From assembly GCA_963713605.1 (NCBI GenBank), contig CAVQMO010000001.1, positions 1,056,001 to 1,120,000 of the forward strand: DNA of 64,000 nt. Reading direction: 5' to 3'. Shown one piece after another: positions 54,765-64,000 of this stretch (its first letter is position 1; each line of letters begins with the position of its first letter). Made by a program: the position numbers and the translations under genes. The stretch comes from an uncultured Nitrososphaerales archaeon (GTDB lineage: Archaea > Thermoproteota > Nitrososphaeria > Nitrososphaerales > Nitrososphaeraceae). The notes under the pieces were generated by a model. The model worked only from the letters and a program-made list of their open reading frames with translations, was not told the DNA's origin and searched no databases.

Positions 54765-55293
54765 CTATGAAACAGGAATTAAACTTGAATACTGCGCATG
54801 TACTTCGAGTCCTAAGGAGTCGGAGCTATCATCCTTACCCTCTACTATCCAGACATGTGGATCGTTGGGGTAGGGTCAGTCTGATTCGACAGTCACATCT
54901 GGGAAGCTACCTTGAAAACCCACATACTCGTAACACCTCCAGTAGAGTTTGTTCCTTCTGGACATATTGCAGCGTTCTCTTTTGTCTCTCCTGCCTCCGA
55001 ACTACTACAGTTTACCCATTGTTCTTGGGGAATACTACCACTCTTGGCCTGTTGGTCTTGCCGGTCCTTGAGGCTCTGGAGGACCTGGAGGGCAAACTCA
55101 TATGCAAATGCCATTTGGAAAAACCAGTGTTGCTTCGACCGTGTGGTCATCTTCAAGTCCTCGGCTCCCTGTCATCATCGGCATCGACTGTTTCTGATAC
55201 GTTGAAGTTTTGGACTTTGAAATGAAACCAGAAACGCTCCCATTGCTAATAATACTACAGCTAAACTCATACACGATATTTGCATCGTGTCAT
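54765..55293 (-). pseudogene. Decayed collagen-like secreted protein
   Basis: Fragments in shifting frames with several stops: signal peptide, VCPPGPPEPQGPARPTG, AAICPEGTNSTGG.YE, VWIVEG...LEVHAQ. Confidence 0.6.
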
Positions 55294-55797
55294 ATATTTC
55301 ACCTAAAAATTCTGTTCCAGGTTAATATGGAATAGGAAGATTTCAATCCTCCTTAAATCTTATATCTTTTCTATATCTTTAACCCAAAAATGGTAAAAGA
55401 ATATAATCATTACATTTATTTGGGTTTCTTTTATCTAAATGACATATTTAAGGATCAAAACCAAATCAAACTGATACCAAAATAAGTCCTATTAACTTAG
55501 GCTATAGTCAATTTGGCAACATGCCATTTTTAAATCTGTAGTATGGATTACGGAAGATACTAAAAGTGTAAAGATAAAAATGAGTCGATCCCCAATTGAA
55601 GACAACTAGGATACATCCTGTTCATGAAGCGTTTTTTTTGAGTAAGTGATATCTATAAACATTTTCTGTACTAGTGATAGCGAAAGTATATGGATATTTT
55701 ATTAGCACATGCTAAAGCATAGATTCTTTACTAGAGACTAGTATTGTAACATTAAATGTTAAGGTTATTATAATCACTTGGGTAAAGATTTCCAACG

Positions 55798-56373
55798 TTG
55801 AAAACATCACAAGCCAGTATCAAATCGGTCTATCTGGTCCTATTTTTCTTTGTGGCCACAAGTTTAAGCATTCCGGAACTTCATAACTTTTATCCGTTTG
55901 ATGTTACCGCGACGCCTTCAGTTACTATAACACCAAGTGGCGCAGATGGGGAGGAATTTGATAACGGGGATGACAACAGAATTCAAGAGGAACAACATGG
56001 AGAAGCGATACAACCCTCACTGAATGCAGAAAAACCGGATACCAACGACCAGGATCGTAAAGGTGATTATCAAATTGTTATACCTGACGGCGCTGCATGG
56101 AAAGAAACAATATCAGAACGATTTTATCCCCCAGAAATAATCGTTCCAACAGGTTCGGACGTAACATGGATAAATGAGGATGATTTAACACATGCAATTT
56201 CTAGCGGTAAAAAGGCAGGCTATGGAATGTATGAATTTCTGCAGGATGGTATATTTAACTCTGGAGACCTAGATGGTGGAGAATCGTTCACATTTCATTT
56301 CGCCAAACCTGGCAGGTTCGAATATTTCTGCGTACCGCATCCGTGGATGAACGGACTTGTTACTGTACAATAA
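55798..56373 (+). CDS. Plastocyanin/cupredoxin blue copper protein (secreted)
   Basis: FYP.EI.V..G..VTWINED..H, FNSG, YFCVPHPWM.G.V.V type-1 Cu ligands. Confidence 0.92.
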   Translation: MKTSQASIKSVYLVLFFFVATSLSIPELHNFYPFDVTATPSVTITPSGADGEEFDNGDDNRIQEEQHGEAIQPSLNAEKPDTNDQDRKGDYQIVIPDGAAWKETISERFYPPEIIVPTGSDVTWINEDDLTHAISSGKKAGYGMYEFLQDGIFNSGDLDGGESFTFHFAKPGRFEYFCVPHPWMNGLVTVQ

Positions 56374-56722
56374 GTGATTTGGTTGCCATTTAGCTCACTT
56401 GCAAGAGGTTATTAAAGATAGCACAGTATTACAACTGTTATTCTCAGAATCATTCCAATTCATATGAATTATGTCATGAGATTGATGACAGTACCAGCAG
56501 TAATACAGCGAATTCAAATCACTTATGGTAGCATAAGGTTGGTTCTTCGATAGATTGTAATACCATTACGGGAATACCGTTTAGGATAGAGATAGGGTAA
56601 AAAAATTATAGGCGGATAGGATGACCCTTCTTTCGCAGGGGGAATGACCTGTATATTTATCAACTCCAAATAATTTTTTAGCGAATTTGTCTATATGTTC
56701 TTCAGCAATTCAACTGCAATCG

Positions 56723-58006
56723 CTATCTGCTGATTCTGTACACTGCTCCGTCTCTTAGCGAAGTAACATACAGCATCCCATCTGGACCTACCTCTAGATC
56801 GGTTGGAACTCCAAATCCTTCACCGAAGATAATACTTTGAAGCTCAGAGTCTGTATCAGCCACTTTGTCTGCTAACGTCCCGTTTAAGCGCAGTCCAGTT
56901 CTTTCCGAATCTGGCTCAAAATGATATATTCTGCCAAATGCATAATCTCCTACAAACAAATCATTTTTGTAAGAGGGTCCAAATCCATCACTATTGAGAA
57001 ACAAAAGTGCAGTAGGTGCTACAGTCTGATTCCACACAAATTTCGGATCACTATATTTTCCAGTTCCATTAAATGAAACCAATCCACTATAATTAAAGCC
57101 AGGGGGAGCAAATCCAGTTACGTCTTTCCAACCTCCATTAAACTCTGACTCTACTAGGTTAATCTCGTCATTTGTATGCACACCATTTTCGCTGAGCCAA
57201 AGTTTTCCCGTGATAGGATCAAAGTCTATACCAAAACTGTTTCTTATCCCGTACGCAAAGTAGGTTTCCATCTTGGCAGTAGGATCTAACATTCCAGACT
57301 CAACGATTTTACCATCTTGTGTAATTCTGTGGACGCCGCTAGTTCCGTCTGCATAGGGTCCTTTCTCAAAGTTTTGCGCCTTCGTTTCATGTCCCTGTTG
57401 ATTATCGTCCTGGATTTGACCTACTACTAAATAGACGTAATTGTCAGGCCCAACCATGACTGGACCTCCGTTATCCATCGAACCCTGCCCCGCAGGAAAA
57501 TCTAAAAGTAGCTTTGGGTTTATAAGACTACCGCTATCACCCGCTAATTCGTATCGATACAGTCGATTTCCACGTGGGTCACCTTCGTCATCATGTGACG
57601 TCGATGATTCCGAGTAGTACAAAAATACAAAGGTTCTGCTCCCATTTTGGTACGAATCTATACCTATCAACCCTCTAGAATCAGCCGTGGAAACATCTAG
57701 GTCTAATATGGTTTGAGTGATCTCTCCATCAATGACTCTCTTAACCATTCCTGTATCCTCCTCAATGACTAAAAAGTCATCAGGACCCAAAAAAGTTAAG
57801 CCAGTTGGTCTTAACAATCCGTCCACTATCTTCGCCAAGTGGAAATCAGGAGATTCTAGAATTGGTTCTGCTAAGGCCATGCTAACTTCATCGCCTGGTA
57901 ACAGCATCACATAGCAATATGAAACAACTACCACAGCGAAATAAGCAAAGTGGGTCATGAATGCTACCATATATAACAGCCTTATTAGTGCATTTGGTTC
58001 CATCAT
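56723..58006 (-). CDS. PQQ-dependent glucose/sorbosone dehydrogenase family beta-propeller
   Basis: GL.RPT.L.F, RGLIGI, NRLYRY, NGG.V.VGPD, FAYGIRNSFGIDFDP, DEINLV, PTDLEVGPDG.LYV. Confidence 0.9.
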   Translation of the reverse strand: MMEPNALIRLLYMVAFMTHFAYFAVVVVSYCYVMLLPGDEVSMALAEPILESPDFHLAKIVDGLLRPTGLTFLGPDDFLVIEEDTGMVKRVIDGEITQTILDLDVSTADSRGLIGIDSYQNGSRTFVFLYYSESSTSHDDEGDPRGNRLYRYELAGDSGSLINPKLLLDFPAGQGSMDNGGPVMVGPDNYVYLVVGQIQDDNQQGHETKAQNFEKGPYADGTSGVHRITQDGKIVESGMLDPTAKMETYFAYGIRNSFGIDFDPITGKLWLSENGVHTNDEINLVESEFNGGWKDVTGFAPPGFNYSGLVSFNGTGKYSDPKFVWNQTVAPTALLFLNSDGFGPSYKNDLFVGDYAFGRIYHFEPDSERTGLRLNGTLADKVADTDSELQSIIFGEGFGVPTDLEVGPDGMLYVTSLRDGAVYRISR

Positions 58007-58498
58007 TTACCCCGATAGATTTCCAATTAGAGGCAGAATGGGCAAATAGGACGTAATTATCTGCTCGATCTGATCTTGCCATCTTTCAGAGAATCTGTGG
58101 ATTTCGTGTAATTTGCTTTTGACAAGGATTAACCGTAGCGTTGATGTAATCTCACTTAATGCAGCAAATTTTCTGGGGCCATAAGTGCGGAACGAACACC
58201 TCTATATTGCTAAAATACTCCAAATACCCGGTGGAAACTTTTGTAACTATCAGCTCCTATAATCTGTTTAGCTACTTTCCTCAATGTGAAAGTGGAGTAG
58301 ATATGAAATCCATCATGGGGATAATAAACGTGAAATGGAAACATAGAAATTATTGTATCCTGGCTAATTCTGAATCACGCATTCCAGCATGGTGCATATT
58401 ATTCTCAAAGAGTCTTAAGTGATAAGGAATAATCTTCATCTAATAGAACTAAAAATAGTATCCCATTTATTGATGGAAAGATCACATGTCATAGTCCA

Positions 58499-59041
58499 AT
58501 GACATTAAAATTATCAGTAACTGTTGGCGTCGGGATAAGTATCGTGGCATTGATGGACGTATTGATATTTAGTTCATTTAATGAAGAGCAAGCCGCGTTC
58601 GGACTCACACGTGGAACTCCATACGATGATCTTTTGAGCAGCTCCTTGACAGAAGATTCGAATCGGAATGAATTGACTTTTATGGAAACAAATACCACAG
58701 AGGCAGGACCATCTGCCAATAGCAACAGTACATTTATTTATGGTGATCTAGGTAACGATGAAATCAGAGGTTCTAATCAAAGCGACCATTTAGGTGGAGG
58801 GCCAGGAAGTGATGTGATTTATGGCTACAGTGGCGGTGATTACATTCAAGGAGGCCTAGGTATTGATTCTCTGTATGGCGGCGCAGGAGACGATGTCCTC
58901 TCTGGAAGCGAAGGCGCTGACTATTTTGATTGTGGCGAAGGAAGAGACAGCGTAGACGATTTCAAGCCCATGGAAGGAGATTTCTCAGTCGCGAACTGTG
59001 AAATCCTGGAAAACGAAGAAATGCCAGTAGCGATGCGCTGA
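58499..59041 (+). CDS. Small RTX/haemolysin-type Ca2+-binding repeat protein
   Basis: Tandem GG.G.D.(L/I).G nonapeptides; DYFDCGEG.D.V.DF...EGD....NCE cap. Confidence 0.88.
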   Translation: MTLKLSVTVGVGISIVALMDVLIFSSFNEEQAAFGLTRGTPYDDLLSSSLTEDSNRNELTFMETNTTEAGPSANSNSTFIYGDLGNDEIRGSNQSDHLGGGPGSDVIYGYSGGDYIQGGLGIDSLYGGAGDDVLSGSEGADYFDCGEGRDSVDDFKPMEGDFSVANCEILENEEMPVAMR

Positions 59042-59141
59042 CGAGATGAGACTAACACCTCTCACTTCGCCTTGCACATGACGTACATACAATAAGCGAT
59101 TTAGTGATTCCTAAGTCACTTATTAGGATGAATTTACTGCA

Positions 59142-59193
59142 ATCGAGGTTTATTCCAATTCTGAAACAGGCATCGAGATTTATTCCAATTCTG
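59142..59193. repeat. 22-bp direct repeat, two copies, 30-bp period
   Basis: ATCGAGGTTTATTCCAATTCTG (59142-59163) and ATCGAGATTTATTCCAATTCTG (59172-59193). Confidence 0.85.
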
Positions 59194-59424
59194 TAGAACA
59201 ACTAATATTCGTCTATGGACATGTTTGGGTGGCAAGTCTCGCATGTTCCGAAATTCCTGCTACTCGCAAGAGTAGCTTATCCTGCTAACCCAACATATCG
59301 TAATTCATGTTCCCCCGAACGATGTTACAAATGAAACTGAAAATATGCGCTACAGAAGAAGCTAAAATATAGTTCCTTTATTGGGCATTCTTTTCCAAGA
59401 GGGTTGCTGCTGCACTCTAAATAA

Positions 59425-60654
59425 TTATACGGTGACTGTATGTGCCTTTCTTCTCCCTACGACTTTGTGATATAACGCGATATGTTCCTTGGCAACTTGC
59501 TCCCAATTTATTTTCACCCTGAATTCATTAACCTTGTCGATATATTTATCATAATTCTTGTCCAGGTATACCATTGCATCCGAGAATTCTTTTGGATTCC
59601 GACCAACCGCGATGCCTAATCCTCGCGATGCGAATTCAACAAAGAATCCTAAACGTGAGGCGATAAAGGGCAGGCCGTACGACAATGCGTCGAACATGAT
59701 TCCAGATCCCGAGCTAACCTTGTAAGGTAAAATGACTGCATCTGCACATGAAAATAACTCACATAGCTGCTTTTCGTTCAGGTAATCTCTGTGTAAATCA
59801 ATCAAGTTCTTTTTACCCGCGCCAATAGTGTAGTCTTCATGGCTATATTCATTCTTAGAAGCATTGATGACAATAGTCCAACCTTGAGGTATGTCCATTT
59901 TTTCAATAACATCCCAACCTTTGGTCGCCGTCGCGTAACCGAGTGCCAAAGCAACTCGACCATCGACTGGGATAGAATATGACTTCCTCAGATCACACTT
60001 GTTTCGATTTGTTGTAAAATCTTGTTTTTCAGCGCCATGGAATATCACATTACATTCCTTCTTTCCTAGGGTCCAGCTAATGTAGTGAGAGAATGCTATT
60101 CCAGCGGCGCTCTGTTCGAGTTTCTTTTTGTTCAATTTCTGAAAAGATTGATAATTAGTTAATCTCACCCAGAAGCTGATCATCCGTTTTACCTTCTTAA
60201 CTAAGTAACTGTCATTTTGGCGTTCATAGCTCGGGATAGGCAGATTCATCCACTGCTTGAAAGGGTACGCTGAATGGAAAGTCGTTACTATCGGCACATT
60301 GCATGATTTGTAAAATGCGTCAATATTTGTACTGGTCCTCGCCGGATTAATCAAGTCAAGGCTCAAACCATATAACCCAGGCTCATACTGAACATGTACA
60401 ATATCAGGTTTTAATCGTTTGATTAGCGCTAATAATATTTCAGAATTCCTTGGATTGTGCTGAGCAATTCCAGTAAGCTCTCCATCTCCTCGCTTATCAC
60501 ACACAACCTGAACCATAAGTCCCATCTGAACCAATTTTTCTTTGAGATGAAAAGTATAACGACCTACACCGCCAGCCATAGGGGGGTACTCTGCCGAAAC
60601 AAGCAGAATTGATAAAGGTTGGTTCTCGTGACCAGGTTCGACGAGCATATCCAA
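59425..60654 (-). CDS. GT4 family glycosyltransferase
   Basis: VSAEYPP..GGVGRYT, PDIVHVQYE.GLYG, VTTFH, KGWD, ADAVILPY...SGSG...DALSYGLP.IAS. Confidence 0.9.
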   Translation of the reverse strand: MDMLVEPGHENQPLSILLVSAEYPPMAGGVGRYTFHLKEKLVQMGLMVQVVCDKRGDGELTGIAQHNPRNSEILLALIKRLKPDIVHVQYEPGLYGLSLDLINPARTSTNIDAFYKSCNVPIVTTFHSAYPFKQWMNLPIPSYERQNDSYLVKKVKRMISFWVRLTNYQSFQKLNKKKLEQSAAGIAFSHYISWTLGKKECNVIFHGAEKQDFTTNRNKCDLRKSYSIPVDGRVALALGYATATKGWDVIEKMDIPQGWTIVINASKNEYSHEDYTIGAGKKNLIDLHRDYLNEKQLCELFSCADAVILPYKVSSGSGIMFDALSYGLPFIASRLGFFVEFASRGLGIAVGRNPKEFSDAMVYLDKNYDKYIDKVNEFRVKINWEQVAKEHIALYHKVVGRRKAHTVTV

Positions 60655-61338
60655 CTAGTATATATGTATCCCCATTATTATGCATATCTTAATTAGAACA
60701 TAATCGTCTATACATATTGAACATAAGTATTATATATAAAATAGTTTTTAGTGTCAGATTATAATGCCAACAAAGTACATGACGACGCTCATGACGCTAG
60801 GTATGAGCTCGGTTAGCCTCATCGTAAATGGGTCCAATTTAGGCAAGGGACAGAGGCTGGAATTAATTGTGAGGGACGACGGAATATATATTCCACTGAC
60901 AGAGCAGGATCCACCAGCCAAAGCGTACAATCAGGCAGAAGTAACATGGAAGAAAAGTCATGGCTCATGTTTAGCGTTACCCTCATCATGGATATTCGGT
61001 AGTGAACTCTTATTTGATGGAATTCTATTAGTCTCGTGACAGCAGAGAAAGGAAAAGAAATTTGAAAACGTAGTAGTGAAGGTCACAAGGAAGCAAAAAC
61101 AGAAAGGATCGAGCCTTCGCTAAGTACAGATGGAGCCAGACAGTATTTGGGAGAAATATCGGCAGAAGTGAAAAAAACTAGGAGACAGTAAGGATCATCC
61201 TTAGGAACTACCCAAATTGGGATAAATTACCTATTTGCAATATCAAATTACAGAACCATCGATTTGCTATTTGTAACTTAAATTGAAGAGCACAAATCCA
61301 ACAGTCCTGAATTAATAGCAGTTGAAAAGACTGACCGG

Positions 61339-61512
61339 CTATTGAGGAGGCTTATTAAAATGGCCAATAATTTGCTTATTTCTCACCAAAACACAGCATA
61401 CACATCTTATTCGTTTACATGCCTTGGATTCTGTATGCTTACAGACTGAACAACTGCAACTTGTCCTTACTTCTGTGCCCAGCTTTGAGGAAAGTGTGTC
61501 ATCTTCGGACAA
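61339..61512 (-). CDS. Small Cys-rich, metallothionein-like protein
   Basis: CSCSVCKH.....C....CVCC...GH; TTG 61512 preferred because it avoids overlap with the upstream gene. Confidence 0.6.
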   Translation of the reverse strand: MSEDDTLSSKLGTEVRTSCSCSVCKHTESKACKRIRCVCCVLVRNKQIIGHFNKPPQ

Positions 61513-61520
61513 GTGTCGAT

Positions 61521-61745
61521 TTACTCCCGAGACCTGACTACCCCGTATAACCAATATGTAAAAAGGGCCACGCCGGCAATTATTAGTGCCAGACTGAGTA
61601 AGGCGGAACGCAACGTCAATACCGTCGCACCTAATAAGAATAATGCAATACTCAGAACAAGAATCCAGCGTTGCTGAGTTGACGCGTCGGAACTCATTTC
61701 ATTTTCATCACTATTTAGTGCAGTAGCAGTCTTAAAGGTATTCAC
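61521..61745 (-). CDS. Small two-TM membrane protein
   Basis: Two hydrophobic helices; start overlaps the stop of the wHTH gene. Confidence 0.6.
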   Translation of the reverse strand: MNTFKTATALNSDENEMSSDASTQQRWILVLSIALFLLGATVLTLRSALLSLALIIAGVALFTYWLYGVVRSRE

Positions 61746-62095
61746 TTGTTTGCTGAATGAAAATCATCCAACGGCTTCATCTCTGCTTGCAATTCAGCGA
61801 ATAATCGTAGATATTGAAGACCTTTTTCTGTGATTGCGTAAAACTGATGTCCATCTGCTTGGATGGAATTTACCAGATTCAATCTTAGTAAAAGACTCCT
61901 GTACCTCTGGAACTGATGCCATGTTAGACAACAGTCATATACAATGTCTATTGGTTTGCACCTTTTTCGATTTCGATTTAGACTTGTGCTGGTATTAGGG
62001 GAAGAAACGAACTTAAGGATTTCGTTGATAATTTCATATTCACTCCTATGCGATTCTCTATGACCATGCCTCGTATGCTTTTGGATTACTTCCAC
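61742..62095 (-). CDS. Winged-helix DNA-binding protein
   Basis: RSEYEIINEIL...IVY.C.L...QFQRY..LL..L.LV...YAITEKGLQYL. Confidence 0.85.
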   Translation of the reverse strand: MEVIQKHTRHGHRESHRSEYEIINEILKFVSSPNTSTSLNRNRKRCKPIDIVYDCCLTWHQFQRYRSLLLRLNLVNSIQADGHQFYAITEKGLQYLRLFAELQAEMKPLDDFHSANK

Positions 62096-62132
62096 CGTAC
62101 TCCACAGTAGTATCTCTTTTCAGTATTTTACT

Positions 62133-62276
62133 TTAATTTAATTTACTTTTCTCACTGCAAAAAGTCTGACTCACTAGTGATTTGAAATTAACGCGCTTAA
62201 TTTCATTTTTTAGAGTAGCATTGAGAATTTCAGCGATAAATTCAGTCTTCGTTCTATGGCGAGAGAAGTGTCTCAA
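62133..62276 (-). pseudogene. Truncated winged-helix paralogue
   Basis: MRHFSRHRTKTEFIAEILNATL... resembles the N-terminal helix of the adjacent wHTH gene but stops after 47 aa. Confidence 0.45.
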
Positions 62277-62575
62277 CTTGTAACATTACTCTCAAACTTT
62301 TCATATATTTGATTAGGGATCAGGTCGGTGAATTTGCGACTGTGTCTGATGTCTAGGCTTACAACTTAAAGGCATTTGGTTTAGAGAAGGACTGAGGTGT
62401 CTGCCGATTGCGTTACTTAATGAGTTAATGTAATACAATGTAATCAAAGCGATTATAGGCGATTATTGGTAATAATAAAAGGACAAATGTCAATTGCTAA
62501 CTTTAAGTCGAATTTATATCTGATGACATTTTCAGATACAGATTCAATTAGTCTTCGTAAGGAATATGATAGTTT

Positions 62576-63415
62576 ATGGCATTAGTTAGCGGCAGAAGTA
62601 ATGGAGACGATAGAGATGGGAATTTTGAGAATGTAGTTAGCGATAAGAGAGGAAGAAATTACGTCTACATCGGGACCATCTTTACGATATTTGTGATGCT
62701 GGCGATGGCATACTTAGCTATCTCGACGTTCTTTGGATCGTTCTTACCATTTAAGGGATTAGATGGAATTACAGATCGTCTGCCTTTCTATGATAATACC
62801 TACAATGACGCGGAATTTGAGGGATATTCAGGTAGAGAAGTTATTCTTATATGTTGTTCATGGGGACAAGAACTCGCAGATGGAGATCTAACTTACTTCA
62901 TAGGAAATTATATGATTGACGAAGGTGGGTACGATAAAAGATTTGAGGTTGATGGGTCTTCAGTAGAAGCGGTAACTAAAGCATTTGAGGAATGGGATTC
63001 GAAGATAGAAGGGTTGACATTTACTGAAACTCCAACGAGGAGGGGTGCTGATATAGAAATATACATTCGAGAAGGCCAGAATGAAAAAGCCGGAATTACC
63101 AACAACTACTATGATTACTACGGCTTTATGACAAAATCCTATGTACTAATTTCAAGGGGTGCATTTGGATTTGCGTTCAGCGACAATCAGTTGGAGCAAA
63201 TAGCAAAACATGAGATTGGACATGTTCTCGGGTTGGGGCATGCAAATTTTGATGGCAATTTAATGGCAGCTCAGGTTAATCGCGGAACCGGCTCTGTTTC
63301 AGGCTGCGATGTCCAGGCTGTGCACACCGCAAACGAGTGGTGGTTTGAAAAACCTACAGGGAACCAACCGTTGTATATTAGACAGCCAACGACAGATCAC
63401 ATAGACTGCAGATAA
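62576..63415 (+). CDS. Membrane-anchored matrixin-type (M10) metalloprotease
   Basis: AFEEW, ADIEI, HEIGHVLGLGH, NLM Met-turn. Confidence 0.9.
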   Translation: MALVSGRSNGDDRDGNFENVVSDKRGRNYVYIGTIFTIFVMLAMAYLAISTFFGSFLPFKGLDGITDRLPFYDNTYNDAEFEGYSGREVILICCSWGQELADGDLTYFIGNYMIDEGGYDKRFEVDGSSVEAVTKAFEEWDSKIEGLTFTETPTRRGADIEIYIREGQNEKAGITNNYYDYYGFMTKSYVLISRGAFGFAFSDNQLEQIAKHEIGHVLGLGHANFDGNLMAAQVNRGTGSVSGCDVQAVHTANEWWFEKPTGNQPLYIRQPTTDHIDCR

Positions 63416-63696
63416 CCAGAGCATAAGAGAAATTTGTATCGGTACTCAATCAATCTTCATATCTAGAGAATAAATGGGTTGCAATGTAAAATTAATGGCT
63501 GAGCTATCTGGCAGCACTTCAATAATTCAAGGGAGGTTGATAGCAAACAAGAAGGAAGAATGTTAAAGATATGTAAATTCCTCTACTTTGAATTCAATAA
63601 TTGTGCACATCTATAATTATAATGTCAAAAATCAGACTCGTTTAACATTAATTTTGGTGAGACTCTTATCAAATTGCCTATCGGGATTTTCAATTT

Positions 63697-63963
63697 TCAG
63701 AGGCTCCTAGTCCCGCAACTGTAGCAATAGGCATCGTCATTGTTGATTGCAGAGTTGCACCTGGAGCAAACCTTTAAAATTTGAGAAGGAGGGACAACCA
63801 TGCCTCGCCAGCAATCTTGGCAGAATGTCCGAGAAGCTGGATTCTTTCTACCACAAAATCTACAATAAATATTGTTAGGACTCGTGTCGGAGTATTCCTT
63901 TTTCCCTACTTTACGATTGGTTATGAAATTACTAATTTTGCCAAGGAAGCTGGGCAATAACAA
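63697..63963 (-). CDS. Double zinc-ribbon protein
   Basis: CRFC...CQDC...CSRC...CYSCG. Confidence 0.75.
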   Translation of the reverse strand: MLLPSFLGKISNFITNRKVGKKEYSDTSPNNIYCRFCGRKNPASRTFCQDCWRGMVVPPSQILKVCSRCNSAINNDDAYCYSCGTRSL

Positions 63964-64000
63964 TATATAGAATTACCAGAAGATAAGGATACAATAATAA

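Noticed and set aside
59142..59193. Mini-CRISPR array
   Set aside because: Only two copies, an 8-nt spacer and no cas genes in the window.
60764..61140. ORF 60764-61039 and neighbouring short frames
   Set aside because: No recognisable family; may be a decayed gene but cannot be supported.
1..64000. tRNA, rRNA, transposase or integrase genes
   Set aside because: No cloverleaf or T-loop context, no GC-rich rRNA-like block, and no DDE or tyrosine-recombinase motifs recognised by eye; a covariance-model scan would be needed to exclude small RNAs.

Overview
Chromosomal window from an ammonia-oxidising-type archaeon, most likely Nitrososphaerota/Nitrososphaerales. This is inferred from the archaeal informational genes (rpo7/spt4, rps30e, rps8e, tfb, endA, fttA), scpA/scpB, and the blue-copper, PQQ-dehydrogenase and RTX paralogues typical of that group. 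Positions 1-36.9 kb are core metabolism and information processing (birA, glycerate kinase, trpE, lsrF-like, ilvBH, leuB, dephospho-CoA kinase, mrp, nadC/A/X, an MCR-like SDR, endA, hom, fttA, site-2 protease, carA/carB). Positions 36.9-64 kb are a looser accessory region of secreted and membrane proteins, small regulators and decayed genes. About 17 genes or junctions carry single-base frameshifts; 14 of them fall in or beside GCWGC or GTAC, which suggests long-read errors at methylated motifs rather than true pseudogenes. The main finding is different in kind: a 28-nt insertion (35079-35106, minus strand) splits the conserved GEAGE|FDYSG motif of carB. It folds into a bulge-helix-bulge/loop whose predicted splicing-endonuclease cuts restore the frame exactly, making it a candidate EndA-spliced mRNA intron in carbamoyl-phosphate synthetase. 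No tRNA, rRNA, CRISPR array or transposase was recognised. All calls were made by eye, with no database searches.
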